Below are positions 37,728 through 52,617 of a stretch of 64,000 bases of DNA, in pieces. Both the position numbers and the translations under genes were made by a program. How positions within the stretch are numbered: the stretch's first letter is position 1; every line of letters begins with the position of its first letter. Origin of the DNA: Dimorphilus gyrociliatus. Taxonomy: Eukaryota; Animalia; Annelida. Location: positions 806,001 to 870,000 of the forward strand of contig CAJFCJ010000001.1 in assembly GCA_904063045.1 (NCBI GenBank), read 5' to 3'. The notes beneath the pieces were generated by a model that saw only the letters and a program-made list of their open reading frames with translations, was not told the origin of the DNA and ran no database searches.

Positions 37728-38183
37728 TTATTTTCCTACTCTTTGAATTCTCCATTCCTGTTGACAAAGCGGACATCTATTATTCTGCTTTACCCATAAG
37801 CTCATACAACACAAATGAAATGAATGGTTGCACTCTCCCCAAACGACCACACACTCTTCTTGTTTGTTATCTGTTTGGCATCTCAAGCAGGCGTCTGAAA
37901 TTTGAATTTTTTTGTTTAATAATATCTTCAGACGATATTATAAAATCTTTAAAGCAATTTCAATTAAAAATGATAGAATAGTTGTAAATTTAATCGAATT
38001 AAACGAAAATAGAAATAGGGTAAGATCTTGAAATATCTCATATTATCACTCACCCATGACTTGAACTCGACAAATTGCGCATGTATCACATTCTACATCC
38101 CATTTCCACATCGCTACCGCATTCCACTTTTTAATTGTGAACAATTTCTCTCCTGAGGATTGATTATTATCATCGGTGTCCAT
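37728..38183 (-). CDS. RNF7: RBX2/SAG RING-box protein, copy B (canonical), 2 exons, 98 aa
   Basis: Exons 38054-38183 and 37728-37894: ...[77 protein letters not shown]. Confidence 0.95.
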
Positions 38184-39080
38184 GTCTGGAGGTAAAATTT
38201 CGTTATTCCGCCCTAACTATCAACAAAAACGTATTCTAACTAGAACCTCTTTAGATGGCGGTATAGTCTAGACCGGATGTAAAAGATGGAACAGTTTAAA
38301 AGTATTAAACTAATATTTTCTTACCACTACATTTGTCTGTGAGAAGATGATATTATAGGCTATAAAGTTATTACTTGATCTCTTTCATGTAAATGTTAGT
38401 TTATGAACTACGTCTAAGCAATATAAGATCACTTGTCGTATTAGTATTAATAATATTGTTGTGTGGAAAAACAAGACTTTTCGTAATAAAATTAAACTTC
38501 TTGAGATTATTTTGAGCGGTTGGTATTTTCAAATCATTCATAACTGACTTTAAGATCTCCCATCAACAATTTATTTAAAAATTTACTGATATGAATTGTA
38601 TTTCATTACCCAACTATTATTTTGCATTTCATAACACTGATTGATAATTATAAAATAGCATTCTAAAGTTTAATTTATAACTGTGGATTCTTGAACGCTG
38701 ATAATGTGCTTTTTCTTTGAATACATATTATCGCTCTGCTAATATATTTTTGCAGAATAGAACATTAATAATTAATAGCTGGAGCGATACTTTTTGAACA
38801 TGTATAAAAGAACAAAACAATTTAGTTCTTTATTTTTTAAATAACTACAATGAAAATTATTTATTGTTATTATGCATTTACAAATTTATCAACAATTACA
38901 AAATAATTTAATTAAACTGATGTGAAGACTTCCGTAGAGTTAAAAACTTATATTTTTTTGAAAAATATATTTTTAGAGGAACGATTTAATAATCCTCGGG
39001 AACATCTGAAGTTTAAAACGAACCTTTGTCTCACTGGAAATTAATTAACAAAAAAATTTCTTAGCTCCATATAAATTTGT

Positions 39081-39583
39081 CTAGTCATTTGAATTTAAGG
39101 CTGATCTGCCGTTGGCTTTTTTTGAAACAAAGAATTTCGCTCCACGATGCGCGAATGTATAAAAAGCTGGACGATTTGTTAATGTTTCCCAAGTCTTATT
39201 GTCTAACTCAGCTCCTACTTTGATATCCCGAAATGTTCCAGCAACGCTGACGACTCCATAGCAAGCTAAGAGTGTTCCAATGATACATTGTAAAACGACA
39301 TCTCCTGGCAATCTAGTTGCATCTTTTTCGGTCAATCTTACATATGTTCGATCTAAAAAGAAGTAAAATTAAATAGTAATAAAATTTGGAGATGAACAAT
39401 CATGATGAAGGTTCATGATGAATTAACGAATTTTAAGAACTAAACGAAATAAATGGAGAAAACGTGATAAAAAATATTAGTCGGCGATCTCATCTTAAAC
39501 TTACGTTGTGCGGCAGAGTAGGCTGCATGGAATAGAATAATTAATCCACTAATAAGTATTAGTTTATCACGACGATTTCCCAT
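39081..39583 (-). CDS. MMGT1: Membrane magnesium transporter 1 / ER membrane complex subunit 5, 2 exons
   Basis: LFHAAYSAAQH|RTYVRLTEK...LPGDVVLQ...TWETLTNRPAFYTFAHRG. Confidence 0.93.
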
Positions 39584-41200
39584 TGAATTCCAAATTTTGG
39601 TTAAAGCTTTGTAGAATTAGTATTGTCGATACGACGATATCCGATCTCGATTATCGAATTAAAAGAAATTGTACAATCGTCGATTTTATCATCTTAAATC
39701 GAAATAAAGTATCAATTTAAACGACAGTGAAGAGTAAATTGACATTTCATTAAGTTAATCTGAATCTCTTCCTTATCAACTCAAATGAGAATAAATAAAC
39801 TAACTACTAATTTTACGAATAGAATTGAAGACCTTGATAAAATTTATTTTTCTTTTTTCTGCTAATTCCGTTAAGCTTCCCTTTTCAAGGAAAATTTTTC
39901 TTATATTTATCTGTATACAATATTTATCTGTAGAGTAAACTATTTTCATCCAGAATTATTAATGTTCTTTTTCAATGAATGTTCAAAGTTCTAATTTATT
40001 TATATACTAATTTAGATTATGATTATTTTTTTTTTATAGCTTCGGAATTTGAACTATCGGTAGATATGTAGACTACATATAAGTGCAATTAACTACGGAT
40101 AAATTAGTCTTTCTGCGTCAGAACTAGTTACTATTTTTAAAAAAGTAAAATAAATCGTTTTTATTATCCTTTTGAGATATCTCAGCTGTTTTATGATATT
40201 CCTTTCAAAGGATGTACATATTCGAAGACACGTACATTGTATAGAACTATTGTCATTCAGTTCAATGACTTATGGAATATTTTTAATTAAAAGAAATTTA
40301 TAGGCATGGTTCGATATTGGTAAAACAAAGACAAATGTTCTAATTTGCATATTTGACTGTCGTCCTACTTTGGCATTTTGCACGCACGTGATAAAACTCT
40401 TTAGACAATCTCGTATCAACTTAAAAATCAATCGAATATAGAACCTCACTACATTACCATAGGACTATAAACGCCACCTCTTTACTGATGCTAGAACCTT
40501 TTGTTGGATCATCTTGGAATGAATGTTCCATAAATCAATAAAAGACAAGTTATTTTCACTTTTTTTTCCTTTCTTTGGATGAAAATTATATTAATTAACC
40601 TTTTAACCTGTCAAATGAAAAGTGCATAATGCGAAATATATATAAAACCATTCACAAAACATATTGACAAGTAACAAAAGACTTTCCCTTAAGATTGATT
40701 GAACGATAAGTATGTTTTTATTATAGAAAAAGTTTGTTAAGTTGTAAATGGTCTGATTTCAAACACGTAGTGCCATAAATATTAGCAAACATGTCAATTA
40801 AAGTTTGATATTTGGTTGTTTCGGTCAGTTTGGTTCTTGTTTATCAGGATTCTAAAGAAAAATTGTCCAAGCTGTATTTATTTACTAGATGACACTACTG
40901 TCGTTGTTTATATTAAATGGGCTATGGTAGGGTTACCTATCTGTATAAAAACAGATTGAAATAGCCTTAGTCTGTCACCTTCAGAGGTTAAAATAAAACA
41001 TCTCATATTAATAAGTGATAAGCTTATAATATTGAAAATTTGTATGAAAAGTCAATTGCCATTATCTTTCAGCTAAATTATAACGGCGCACTGTTTCGAA
41101 ACTTTTCATATTTATTGAATAAAGAAGGTGGAATTATTGCAGTATAGTCATTGTTAAAAAACGCCGATTTAAGAAAAGTAATATACCATTTTTAATAGAC

Positions 41201-42647
41201 ATGAGAGTGACAAGTCTAAAGAAAAAGTTAGCTGTAATTGGTGCCGGAGCTGGCGGCTTGGCGGTGTTACAAGTCTTTAGCAAGCATTTAGAAATATTCG
41301 AGTTAACATGTTTCGAACAGTCGGACAAAGTCGGAGGGACATGGAATTACACTGAAAAAGTTGGACTAAATGATTTGGGACGGCCTTTGCATTCCAGCAT
41401 GTACAGGAACATGAAGTAAGTACTTAATTATCCTATATTTTGTGGTTTATTTAGATGTTTGTCTTCACAGGACTAACTTACCCAAGGAAGTCATGGCCTT
41501 TCAAGACTATCCATTCCCACCCCATCTTTCTTCTTTTCTTCGGCATAGCGATGTTGCTAGCTATTTATCGGACTATGCCGAATTCCATCAGTTGAAGAAA
41601 TACATTAAAGTATTCATAATCACTTAAAGCATAAAATTTTCGACAAAGAAATGTTCCTAGTTCCACAGTTTCGTGAAGAGTGTAGGCAAAGAAGACGACG
41701 GTCGAATTAAGATTGTCTGGGAGGTAGGTAAATCAGGGGACGAGGAGGACATCTTCGACTATCTCGTCATCTGTAATGGGTAAGTAGTATAGATGACCTG
41801 TGTGAGTATACATCTTTCATCGAAATTTATTCCATATAGCCATTATACTACACCATATACTCCGGATTTGAGGGGTTTAGAAAACTTTAAAGGAGATGTG
41901 ATACATAGTCACAATTACAGAAAACCCGATCAGTATAAAGCTAGGTCAGTTTTAGTCCTCGGAGCTGGCCCTTCAGGAGTTGATATTGCCGATGATATTG
42001 CATCAGTTACCGAAAATACAGTACTGCTTAGCCATAGAAAACCCAATTTCAATCCCAAAATGAGGCCCAATATTTCTTTAGTATCTGAGATGACAGAAAT
42101 AATTGGCTCAAATCGGGTTCAACTGGCTAATGGCGACACTTATGAGGTCGATTCAATTGTTTTTTGCACTGGATATCGTTATAACTTCCCCTTTTTGGAA
42201 GAAAATGTCAAATTGCGAATTACGAATGAACGTCTCTATCCCCTTTATAAGCATTTGGTTGATGCTCGGAATCCAAATATTATCTATCTGGGCATAACCA
42301 AAACGGTTCTGCCTTTTCCCCATTTTCATATTCAGGCCAGCTTTGCTGCGGCAGTTTTTACCAACCAAATCACACTACCCTGTGAAGATGATATGCTAGC
42401 CGATATCGAAAACGACTACAAATGGAGAACCGAAGAGCTAGGATTTAGCGAAAAAAGAGCACACTACTTGCACCAGCTTCAATGGGCCTATAATGATGAC
42501 CTCTGCGAATTGGCCTCAATACCACGACTACCTTCCTCGGTAAGCAATCTATATTTAGGTGTCCACCAAGCAAGAACTCAAGACCTCCAACATTATAAAG
42601 AGAAGAATTATCGTATTGTAGATGAACACACTTTCGTAGAAGTCTAG
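41201..42647 (+). CDS. Flavin-containing monooxygenase (FMO GS-OX / insect FMO-like), 4 exons
   Basis: FAD motif VIGAGAGG, GGTW, SSMY...TNLPKEVMAF, FMO motif FKGDVIHSHNYR, NADPH motif GAGPSG, FCTGY. Confidence 0.92.
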
Positions 42648-43234
42648 CTAGACTTATAAGTGAAAGAAAAATTAGCATTTAATTCTTGCAAGCAAAGTTT
42701 AATTAGTTAACCTATTTTAAAAATTTTTTTTCTTTTAAATCGTTCAGAAAGCTTTTATAATTAAAAATATTATGCTATTGTAGTCAAAAACAATTTAGTA
42801 ACAGAACCTTATTTTTGTCATTTGATATAAAATATCTTTGTGCGTGAAACAGATAAAAAGAAAAAAAAAGAGGTAAAAAATTATCTATCTGTTCGTTTTA
42901 ACTGTTAATTTATTTGTTGCGAAGCTTCGAATAAGGTTCAAGTACTAGATTGTATAAAAAAAAGAAGTATTTTTGTCAGCGAAACGATGAAAGTTGTTTC
43001 TATTTTTAAGAAACGAATTATATAATAGTTGAATTATTTCAAACTTATTGAAATAGTTCTCTCTTTTCGCTCTGAAACTGTTTTGTCGTCTATAGTATAA
43101 TCTAATAAAAAAAATATTAAGGAAAACTTGGTAATATTTAAGTTGTTATTTAAATAAAATGAGTAAATCTCTGACAAATATATATTTAAATATACAGTGC
43201 ATAATGATGGAGTAGTTTTTTTCGATATTCCCTT

Positions 43235-46200
43235 TCAAGATGGGAGTATAACTTCGTGTCTTGTATCATAAGATCCGCTTGCCGTAACATGTATTCTCTG
43301 ATCTATTTCTCCTAATAGACCATGAACAATTAAGTCAATTTCGTAATTTTCGCTATGGTTGGGTGTTGCTATGATATTGATTAAGGTTGTTTGACCTGGA
43401 TGAAGCATACCACTATCTGGTTCTATCCTGAATGTATCTTGCGTGCAAGTGCTGCTTTGTTTTTCTGAGAAATACGATACAGCATTATATAATGAAAACA
43501 ATATACATCAAATGTTTTATTTTATTTACCTATTGAAATAGTCCAGAACGAAGAAGATAGGGAAGGATTTTGGAGAAAGAACATTCGCTGTCTGTACTCT
43601 CCAACAAGGCAAGTTCCTATTTCTAATATATTCTTTGATGCTTTTATTGATGGTAGAAGAATGAAAGCGTCTGTAGGTAAAATTTCACTTTCTCCATTAT
43701 CATACTTCAAAATTATATCTGATGAAAATTGGAGTCTTCTGTCATCTCCTTTTCTAAAGAATGATATTCCTTCATCGATATGAGTTATGAATTCTTCTTC
43801 TTCATTTTCAGTTTTGTCGTCGTCTTCAGTCTTTTTAGGCGATGTACTGGTTGCAGTTTCCAGATTTGATGGAATACTCTTATCGTATTCTGAACTGTGC
43901 AATAAATCCAAAAGTTGGGTACTTAGGCGGAAGCCTATTTTGACAACTAGATGTTGTCTTGACTTGACAATGACGCGTTCTGTTTGACACTTTGCCTCAT
44001 CGTTTTCCCCGATAATGTAAAACGGAGGTTTCGTTCTGAATTGTAGTTTAATTGGAGTTTGTGACGTATTTTGAAGAGTTACAGATCGTATGTGCATATA
44101 ATTTTCCAGTAGTTTATTTTTGCACAAAAGGTCACTTGCTGCCGAACGAAAATGCAACTCATCTTCGTCTTCAAATTCTACTAGTAGCCTTGCTGGAACA
44201 ACTCCTGCAGTCATTTCAACAGCTAAAGTATCCACATGATAACCATCTTTTCTAGAAACGGCTGTATCCGATTTTTCTTTTTCGGGTAATGATAACCATC
44301 CAACAGCATGCCCAATAATATCCATAGGAGCTTTAACTTCTCTGGAAGGAGGTGGAATGTAGTTCACAACTGCAATATTAGTTCCATCGGCTGGAATAAT
44401 GATTTGGGATGGTTCGACACTGAAATATTTTGAAGGTTCTTGGCCATCATGCTCGAAAACATGAACATCGAGAACTTGTGGTCGGGGTTCTCGAAATACT
44501 TTGAGCGTTGTTGCCCTACTTAGAACAAATGAGGTATCAGTGGACGGTGGTGGTAATTCATTGGTCTTTTGACGTGTTATTTCCTCAATTTCTTTCTCAT
44601 CATTTGGTGGAACAACTTCAACTCCTTTCTGATCTTTCACCGGGAAGGCGGGCTTATAAGCAACAACAAAGTCAACCAATTGTTTATCTTCTTCGTGCCT
44701 ATCGAAAGTTTGAAAGTCTACTCTTATATCTGTAAAAACAAAAGATATCTATGAGAAATTGTAGGCAGCAGATAGTTTAACACTTATTTAATATGAAACG
44801 AAATGAAACTTACCGCAAGGTCCATTATTGAGAAGCTTTAACTGTCTGCGTACAACGTAAGATCCGGCAACTTGAGAGCCAAAACGTAAAACGGGAGTTT
44901 TACCATCAGTTGTCATAGCCGATAATTGTAATAAAAGTGGAGAACCAGTTACTTTTACATCTACAGGTATTTCTTGTATAGGAAGGTCTCCGACCTAGTG
45001 CAGGAACAATAGGATATTTTCGTTAAATTTAAGGTTTTAGATGACTTACTTTGCATTGAATAAAGTCTTCATAATCACCCCACAAATTGGCACAAGCTGT
45101 AACAGAAATCTCAACTTCGGAATAAGGTTCGAGAACTCCTGCTGATGGCTCTAGAATTAGTGCTAATCCGTTTGAGTTCTTAAGAATTGCTCTTTGAGCT
45201 TCTGTCCTCGCTCTGAGAGTCAATTGAGGTTGATCAGCCGTGGCCGAAGATCTTTGTATTAGAGCTCTTCTTTGGCTGTGAAAAAACTTATTATTTCTAA
45301 TGAAGCGCTAATTAACAGGACATCATACCCTTTGTTAGGCATAGCTGCTCGATGAGGAGGAGTAGGAGGCTTGAATCCAAAATTCTTAAGAGAACAGGAA
45401 AACGGAGCCACAATGGAAGTATCATTTCGCATAAAGAGGCTTTTTGTTACTTTGCTACCTATTTTAAAGTCATCCATGCTTATCCGAACATTTTCACTTC
45501 CACTAAAATTTAAAATTCAAAGTTAGTTGAATTATTATTGGACATCTAAAATTAAAGTGTTACTATAATGATTCTTCATCTCTGAATGATACTGAGAGAC
45601 CTTTAACTGTACAACTAAAAGATAACCAGAGAGGGTCAGCCTGTCCTTCAATTGCACATGGTATTCGCAAATCGTCAACGTCTTCCAAAGAATGGCATAC
45701 AATTGTCAAAATACAAGCTAGAGTCTCTCTTTCTGTAATCTTTCCCTTATTCGGCTTCATTGAGACAGATACCTTCGAATGTCCATTACCAATAACTTTA
45801 CCCCATTTAAAGAAGGTTGGAATAACTGTTTGATTGTACAAGACAACGGCATGTCTGCTTTCTGATTCAATAAACACATCATCCAGTTTTATTTTGCACT
45901 CTGTTAAGCAAACTTTTGGGGCTTGCACTTCGGCTGTGCATCTTAAAACGCTAAATGAAAAAAAGCTTGTTAAATTTATTAAAAACTTAATGATTTTTAA
46001 ATACTAACGTAGTATTACCATCCTCTGCTTTTGCGGATAGTAAAAGATTTAGAGATTTAACTGCCAGAGCACTCAATTCAACTTTCACCATTGTGCATTT
46101 TAAAGGTGGTAAAATACCATTTGCCGGCTCAATACATAGTTCATTCTCACCAAGCTCACCTTCTTCCAGAGTTATTGACCAGTTAGCAGGTATTCTACTT

Positions 46201-49200
46201 TGATTTCTAATAGTAATCCAACGTTCTTCAAGACTACCTTCTCTTACTAAACCAAATGGTATTGATGCCTCGTCAATTACAATCTCTGGCCCCTAGTTGA
46301 CATTTTATTGTTAGGTTAGAAAGAATGTTTAAATTAAAGAGAAATTTTTGGTAACAATACCGAAAATTCCGCTTGAACATTTAAATACACAGGTTCATCA
46401 TGATGTTGAATTAAACACATCAAGTTATGCTCCATTTTTCCTGGAATCGGTCCACTAACGCAAATCTCTACTAGACAATCGGAGTTGGGAGGAATTTCCC
46501 CTTCTGCAGGCTCCGCATGGATAATTGCTGGTTCAGTTACCCGTTGGAAAGAGAATACTATGGGGCTAAGACTCTGGTTTAAGACCTAGAAATAGCAAGT
46601 GCATACTATAGTTTAAACCAATAATTTCTTAAATAATCTTACATGAATTGGTCTTTTCACAACAGTTTGTACTGGTATCGTACCAGGAATATGGAGGGCG
46701 TAAGGTTCAAAAATGACTGAAAAAGGATCACATGTTCCTCTAATATCTATTTGTAAGGCAGCTACGTCCTCCAAATCCGTTTGCACGGAAGAACCTAATA
46801 GTAGAAAAGTTGTTAAAAATATTGATATTATCGCGTAATTGAACTTGAAACCTCTATTTAAACTTGTCAAACTGGATGGTCTCGACTGGTCAACAGCAGG
46901 TGTCTTAGGTACAGGCATTTGAGGTAGGACAAAATGAAGGACGGAGTGATAAAGTTTCGGCTGTTAAAAGAAAATTTCTGAGTCAATATACACAAAGTTC
47001 AATTCAAGTAAATAGCAATAACTTACGGTCGGGGGAGCGAACGCCAATAAGAACTTCATGCTCTCGTTTGCTAATAGCAAGCCTGTATCTGGCGTTATAC
47101 TAAACCTAGTATCGACATCTCGAACTCTGATCTCATTAGGTTTCTCCCTAAAATCTGGTTTAATTATCACCCAAACGAAAGGAAGATCAACAGCTCTGTT
47201 TTAAACATTCTTTATGATAAGATTGAGCAACTAGTTAAGATATCAATAGCATACGTTCGGTTGGTAACAATAAAGGATTTTTCCATGTATGTGTAAGGAT
47301 GCAGAATTCCAAAATCGATGAAATGATCACATAAAGTATCAGCTAAATCTCCGGCTGCCGGAATCTTTTCTCCACCTTCCACCTCAGATATTTCGACTGT
47401 TGCAAGCTGACCTTCACCTAAAAGAAAGAAAGAAAGCTTGAACATTTTTATATATAGAACAACAGAAATAAGGTGACCTATTAGTTTTATATGTTTAACA
47501 TGACAATTATCGCAGACAATCGTAACATATGTCTCATACTCTTTAACTTCTTTAGGTGAGAAAGATATTTCTAGTACAGTACTCTGACCAGGTCGGACTG
47601 CAAAAAGAGATGGTCTAAACTCAAAGGGAGGTACTGCAACTGCTCCTCCTTGAGACTTTACCTGAAAATGCTCGAGGTTTTTGTTACCTGAACAAGGAGT
47701 ATTAGAAAGAGACCTACTTTGAATTGTGTAGTTGGCCAAGAGGATCCTGGAACTACAGCAAATCTTCCGTTTCCACCAGTATTCTGTACTTGAATTTGTC
47801 CAACTTTTGTCCCTCCCACTAAGGATCCGCCAAGGTCTATGACCTCAGGAACTAAAATTATAAATTTGTACATTATGTTGCCTATAAATGTATATTTTGC
47901 TATAAATACTGTATATATACAGTATATATATATAAATTTATATATATATATACACTTTTAAATCATTAAATCTTACTATTTAGTATGGGTGGTTGTCTTT
48001 TTCCTTTAAGAGGGACAATAAATTCACAACCATTACTTTGAACAACGAGATCGTCTTCAAAATCTGCTAGGCTATCAGGTGCAAATCGAACGGTAAATTG
48101 ACAGCTCATTCCAGAGGCAATTAGACCATTCTCAGCAGGAAATCTACCCAAACCAATTGAAAAATACGTAGTTCTTGGTGGAATAACTCGAACATTTCTT
48201 AAGACCTTAGTTATATTCTTTAACTCAAGATCAACCTGTAACGATATACCGTTAATGATAAAAGATTGTGTCCTGCTAATGAATTATACCTCGTAAACTT
48301 TTCCTGGAACGTAATCAGAAATAATAACGACCTCAGGAATGGGTAAGAATACTTGATTTCCTTTAGACAATAGATTTTCGCTTACTTCTGATACATAACG
48401 TGGATTTCTTAAAAAGTTTACTCTTGCCTGAGTTAATAAAGAAACAATTTTATATTACATTAACACGATCATCTAATATGAAGAATGAACTATTCTTACT
48501 TGCATGTTTGCTAATTGAGCTCTTGCATCTTGGCGAGCATCTGCAGACATTTGTTTTTTCCACAGAAGTTTTTCCATCTCTTGGCTTTGATTTAGGTTTC
48601 TCTTCTTTTTCTTTTTTTATGTAAATAATTGTAATTAAATTATTAGTTCTCATTCGTTCGAATTGTTGACTTACGCTTGATTGAGGGGGAGCTGATGTAT
48701 CTGGAACACTGTCATCATCTGAAGGTAAATGCCCAAAATCGTCAACAAAATCATCCTTTTGTAGAATTTTTCTGTCAGATATTTGAGATGAGTGGCGATT
48801 ACTTCTTCTAGAATAATTAACAGTTTCTCTTGTATAATTCGGTTCTCCAGCTGCAAAATTATGATATAAGGACTGAAAAGAATTATTTGATAATGTATTA
48901 CCACTGGGTGGGTGTACAATTGGGAGTTCTATAGGGTTGTAGTCCTCTGGAACAATCAAGCTATACTTTCTTAGTAGATCTGAATCGAGATATCTTCTAA
49001 AATGGGATCTCTCTGCATAAGTTAAACATATTCATAAAGTAATTTTTTATCAGAAAGACTACAATTCGTGGGAATTATCTTACCTGGAGGCAGTCCCAAA
49101 TCAGGCATATTCTGACGATTTTCTAATTGTCGTTCATCAGCTAGTATTGAGGCTGCTTGAGCTTGTTGAATATGTCGTTCTAGCATGCTTATTTCAGAAA

Positions 49201-49480
49201 ATTTTTTGTCCCTCTCCTCAGTTACCTGTATATAAGAACTTTAGTAGAAAAAGAAATATATTTGTTAGTATGTAGCTACCTTTTTTAATTCAGCTACATA
49301 TTGTGTATGAACTTCATCATCACCCTCCTTAGACTGTACTAGAAAATTAACAGTGTCATTTGTCACTGGATCTCTTTGATACAGGTCTCGGAAAATTCTT
49401 GAAAGTATATGAGACGTATCCTGCGATCTAGCAGATGACGGCCGATGGATGAACATACATGGTTCATTGTAATCATTCAT
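43235..49480 (-). CDS. DLEC1: DLEC1/CFAP81 (ASH/Hydin-type Ig-fold ciliary protein), many exons
   Basis: N-terminus RPSSARSQDTSHILSRIFRDLY; GRFPAENGLIASGMSCQFTVRFAPDSLADFEDDL; ANLWGDY; C-terminus ASGSYD, all matching recalled DLEC1 segments. Confidence 0.85.
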
Positions 49481-49634
49481 TTTCAGTTTTCAATTTCCAA
49501 GACAAAATGAGATAAAGAACATAATATAACAATTTGTCTGAGTTTTTAAGAATAAACAAACTAATACAAAGAAGAAATCGACCGAAGAATTCTAAATTCT
49601 CCCGCACGAGCGCGGTTTATTATTACCGGAAATA

Positions 49635-49649
49635 GAAACCCATAGCAAC
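49635..49649 (-). promoter_or_regulatory. RFX X-box-like element (GTTGCTATGGGTTTC) ~160 nt upstream of the DLEC1 ATG, next to an ETS-like ACCGGAAAT
   Basis: gaaacccatagcaac on the plus strand has a perfect RGYAAC half-site. RFX control of ciliary genes is established. Confidence 0.55.
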
Positions 49650-50267
49650 GAGTTTCGTAAAAAGAATTCTAAATCGTCTATTTCAATGATTTTTTAAGTA
49701 TAAGTATTTTTAGATTTATAAAAAAAATATAAAAAAGCTTTTTACCTAACAGTTACGTAATCATTTTCGTAATAGGTCCTTACTGACTTGCCGCGTGGAC
49801 ATCGTAAGAAGGTAAGCTGACAGAAATTCTATGTCGTAAAATTATTTATAGAGTAACTCTTAGAAGTCATTTCATTAACTTTCTTCTAGACAGTATATGA
49901 TAATGTAATATAATAAAAGAAATGACTACTTCATTTAATATTGTTTTCGCTATTTGCATCTTAATTGTTAATGAATTCAACAATTCAGTGGCTGATACCG
50001 GCTATTGTATTAATAACGAGGTGATTAGCTATAGAAATATTCTTTCATTCTATTTTAGCTTATTTTATTAAATATAGTTAATTAATCTTTCAATTTGTAA
50101 AAAAAAAAAGGTTTTTATTCAGGGAAGCCTAAGATAATTAACTATATTTAGTTTAGACCAAAAGGCTATTCTATTCTTTATAGAAACACAATGTAATCTT
50201 AGGGCTTTGAAACGTTACGTATTCTGTTCGATTTACTGGATGAGTAGTGTCATGTTTTTTTTTATAG

Positions 50268-51429
<1,162 letters not shown>

Positions 51430-51591
51430 TCTGTTCCTATTGGTATAGGACGCGAAAACCGAAGTCTCATATGGCTACATTTCTTTCCTATTGTGGTTGT
51501 TCAGTGTACACTGTTTTCTAATTTTTCAAAAGATTTTGTATTTAAAATGAAAAATAAATAAGCGTCCTGATAAGTTAACAGACGTGTGAGT

Positions 51592-52617
51592 TTATTCCAT
51601 ATCATCTTGATACCAAAGCATACCTTTCGCTGATACATCCAAATCTTCGAGTCGCGTATAGGAACTGACACGTTTCTTGCATATTTGTCGGAATAGAATG
51701 AGAAGAAGGAAGACTAGTACAACTGATAAACTAACTATTATGCCTATCCACATATTCCAATTTATGTCGTCGTTTTTAAAAGCTCTGCCCATGCCTGGAT
51801 AATGCTTATGTGGACGTTTACGGTTCATAAACCCATTAGAATGAGGAACTTCAGTTAGGTTTGGACTTTTACTGGAGAATTTTTTTTTATGACGGATCTT
51901 ATTTAAGATATCTTTCCATTCTCCTGGCTTCATAGAAGTGGATGATGCTTTATCAGTTACAGAAATAGTACCATCCGTCGAGGTGAATATTCTTGTTATT
52001 ATTTTGGATGTGCTTTTCGAATGGATTAAAGCTTCAGTAGTGTCTGCTGTCTGGACGGTTGTAGTCGATAAAACAAAAGATGACGTTTCTGTCTTGATAC
52101 GTTTAAAATTTTCAGCAGCATAGGAATTAGGCAAATATGTCCATTTACAAGTTTCGGGAGATGAACAAAAGGCATGAACACATATCCAGCTTCCGTTACT
52201 CAAATATTGAACAGCAGTATTACAATTCTCAACTGTAAATATAAAATGTAAAGATTTCTTATTTTCATTTTTGTTTTTGTTTAGATTACAATTCAAAAGA
52301 TGCAAATACTGTATAGTTAACTAGAGAATTTATTAATAGAATATCTTACTTGTAAGTTGACAGCACGCCTTAAAGCATTGAAAAGGTTCTTGGTGCGTTG
52401 TATATTCTCCAATGAGTCTGCTATACGGAGCCTTAACGCCAGCTAAAGCGATTCCACTAATTTCTTCAACTTCACATTTTTCAGCCAAAGTGGTAGAAAA
52501 TATGACGAGGAGGACTTTATATAAGTTTGTCTAATCAATATAGAAGGTGTTTAATAGTTTAATTAAGTAGATTAATTAATTGGAAAAGAATGAAAATATA
52601 ATCTTCCTTACCGACAT
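51592..52617 (-). CDS. MANSC/MANEC-domain type I membrane protein (signal peptide, Cys-rich MANSC, S/T-rich stalk, TM, cytoplasmic tail)
   Basis: Spliced MS|TNLYKVLLVIFSTTLAEKC...FQCFKACCQLT|IENCNTAVQYL...CVHAFCSSPETCKW; Thr/Ser-rich stalk; TM WIGIIVSLSVVLVFLLLILF; tail with YTRL. The first coding exon is 6 nt (52612-52617). Confidence 0.7.
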
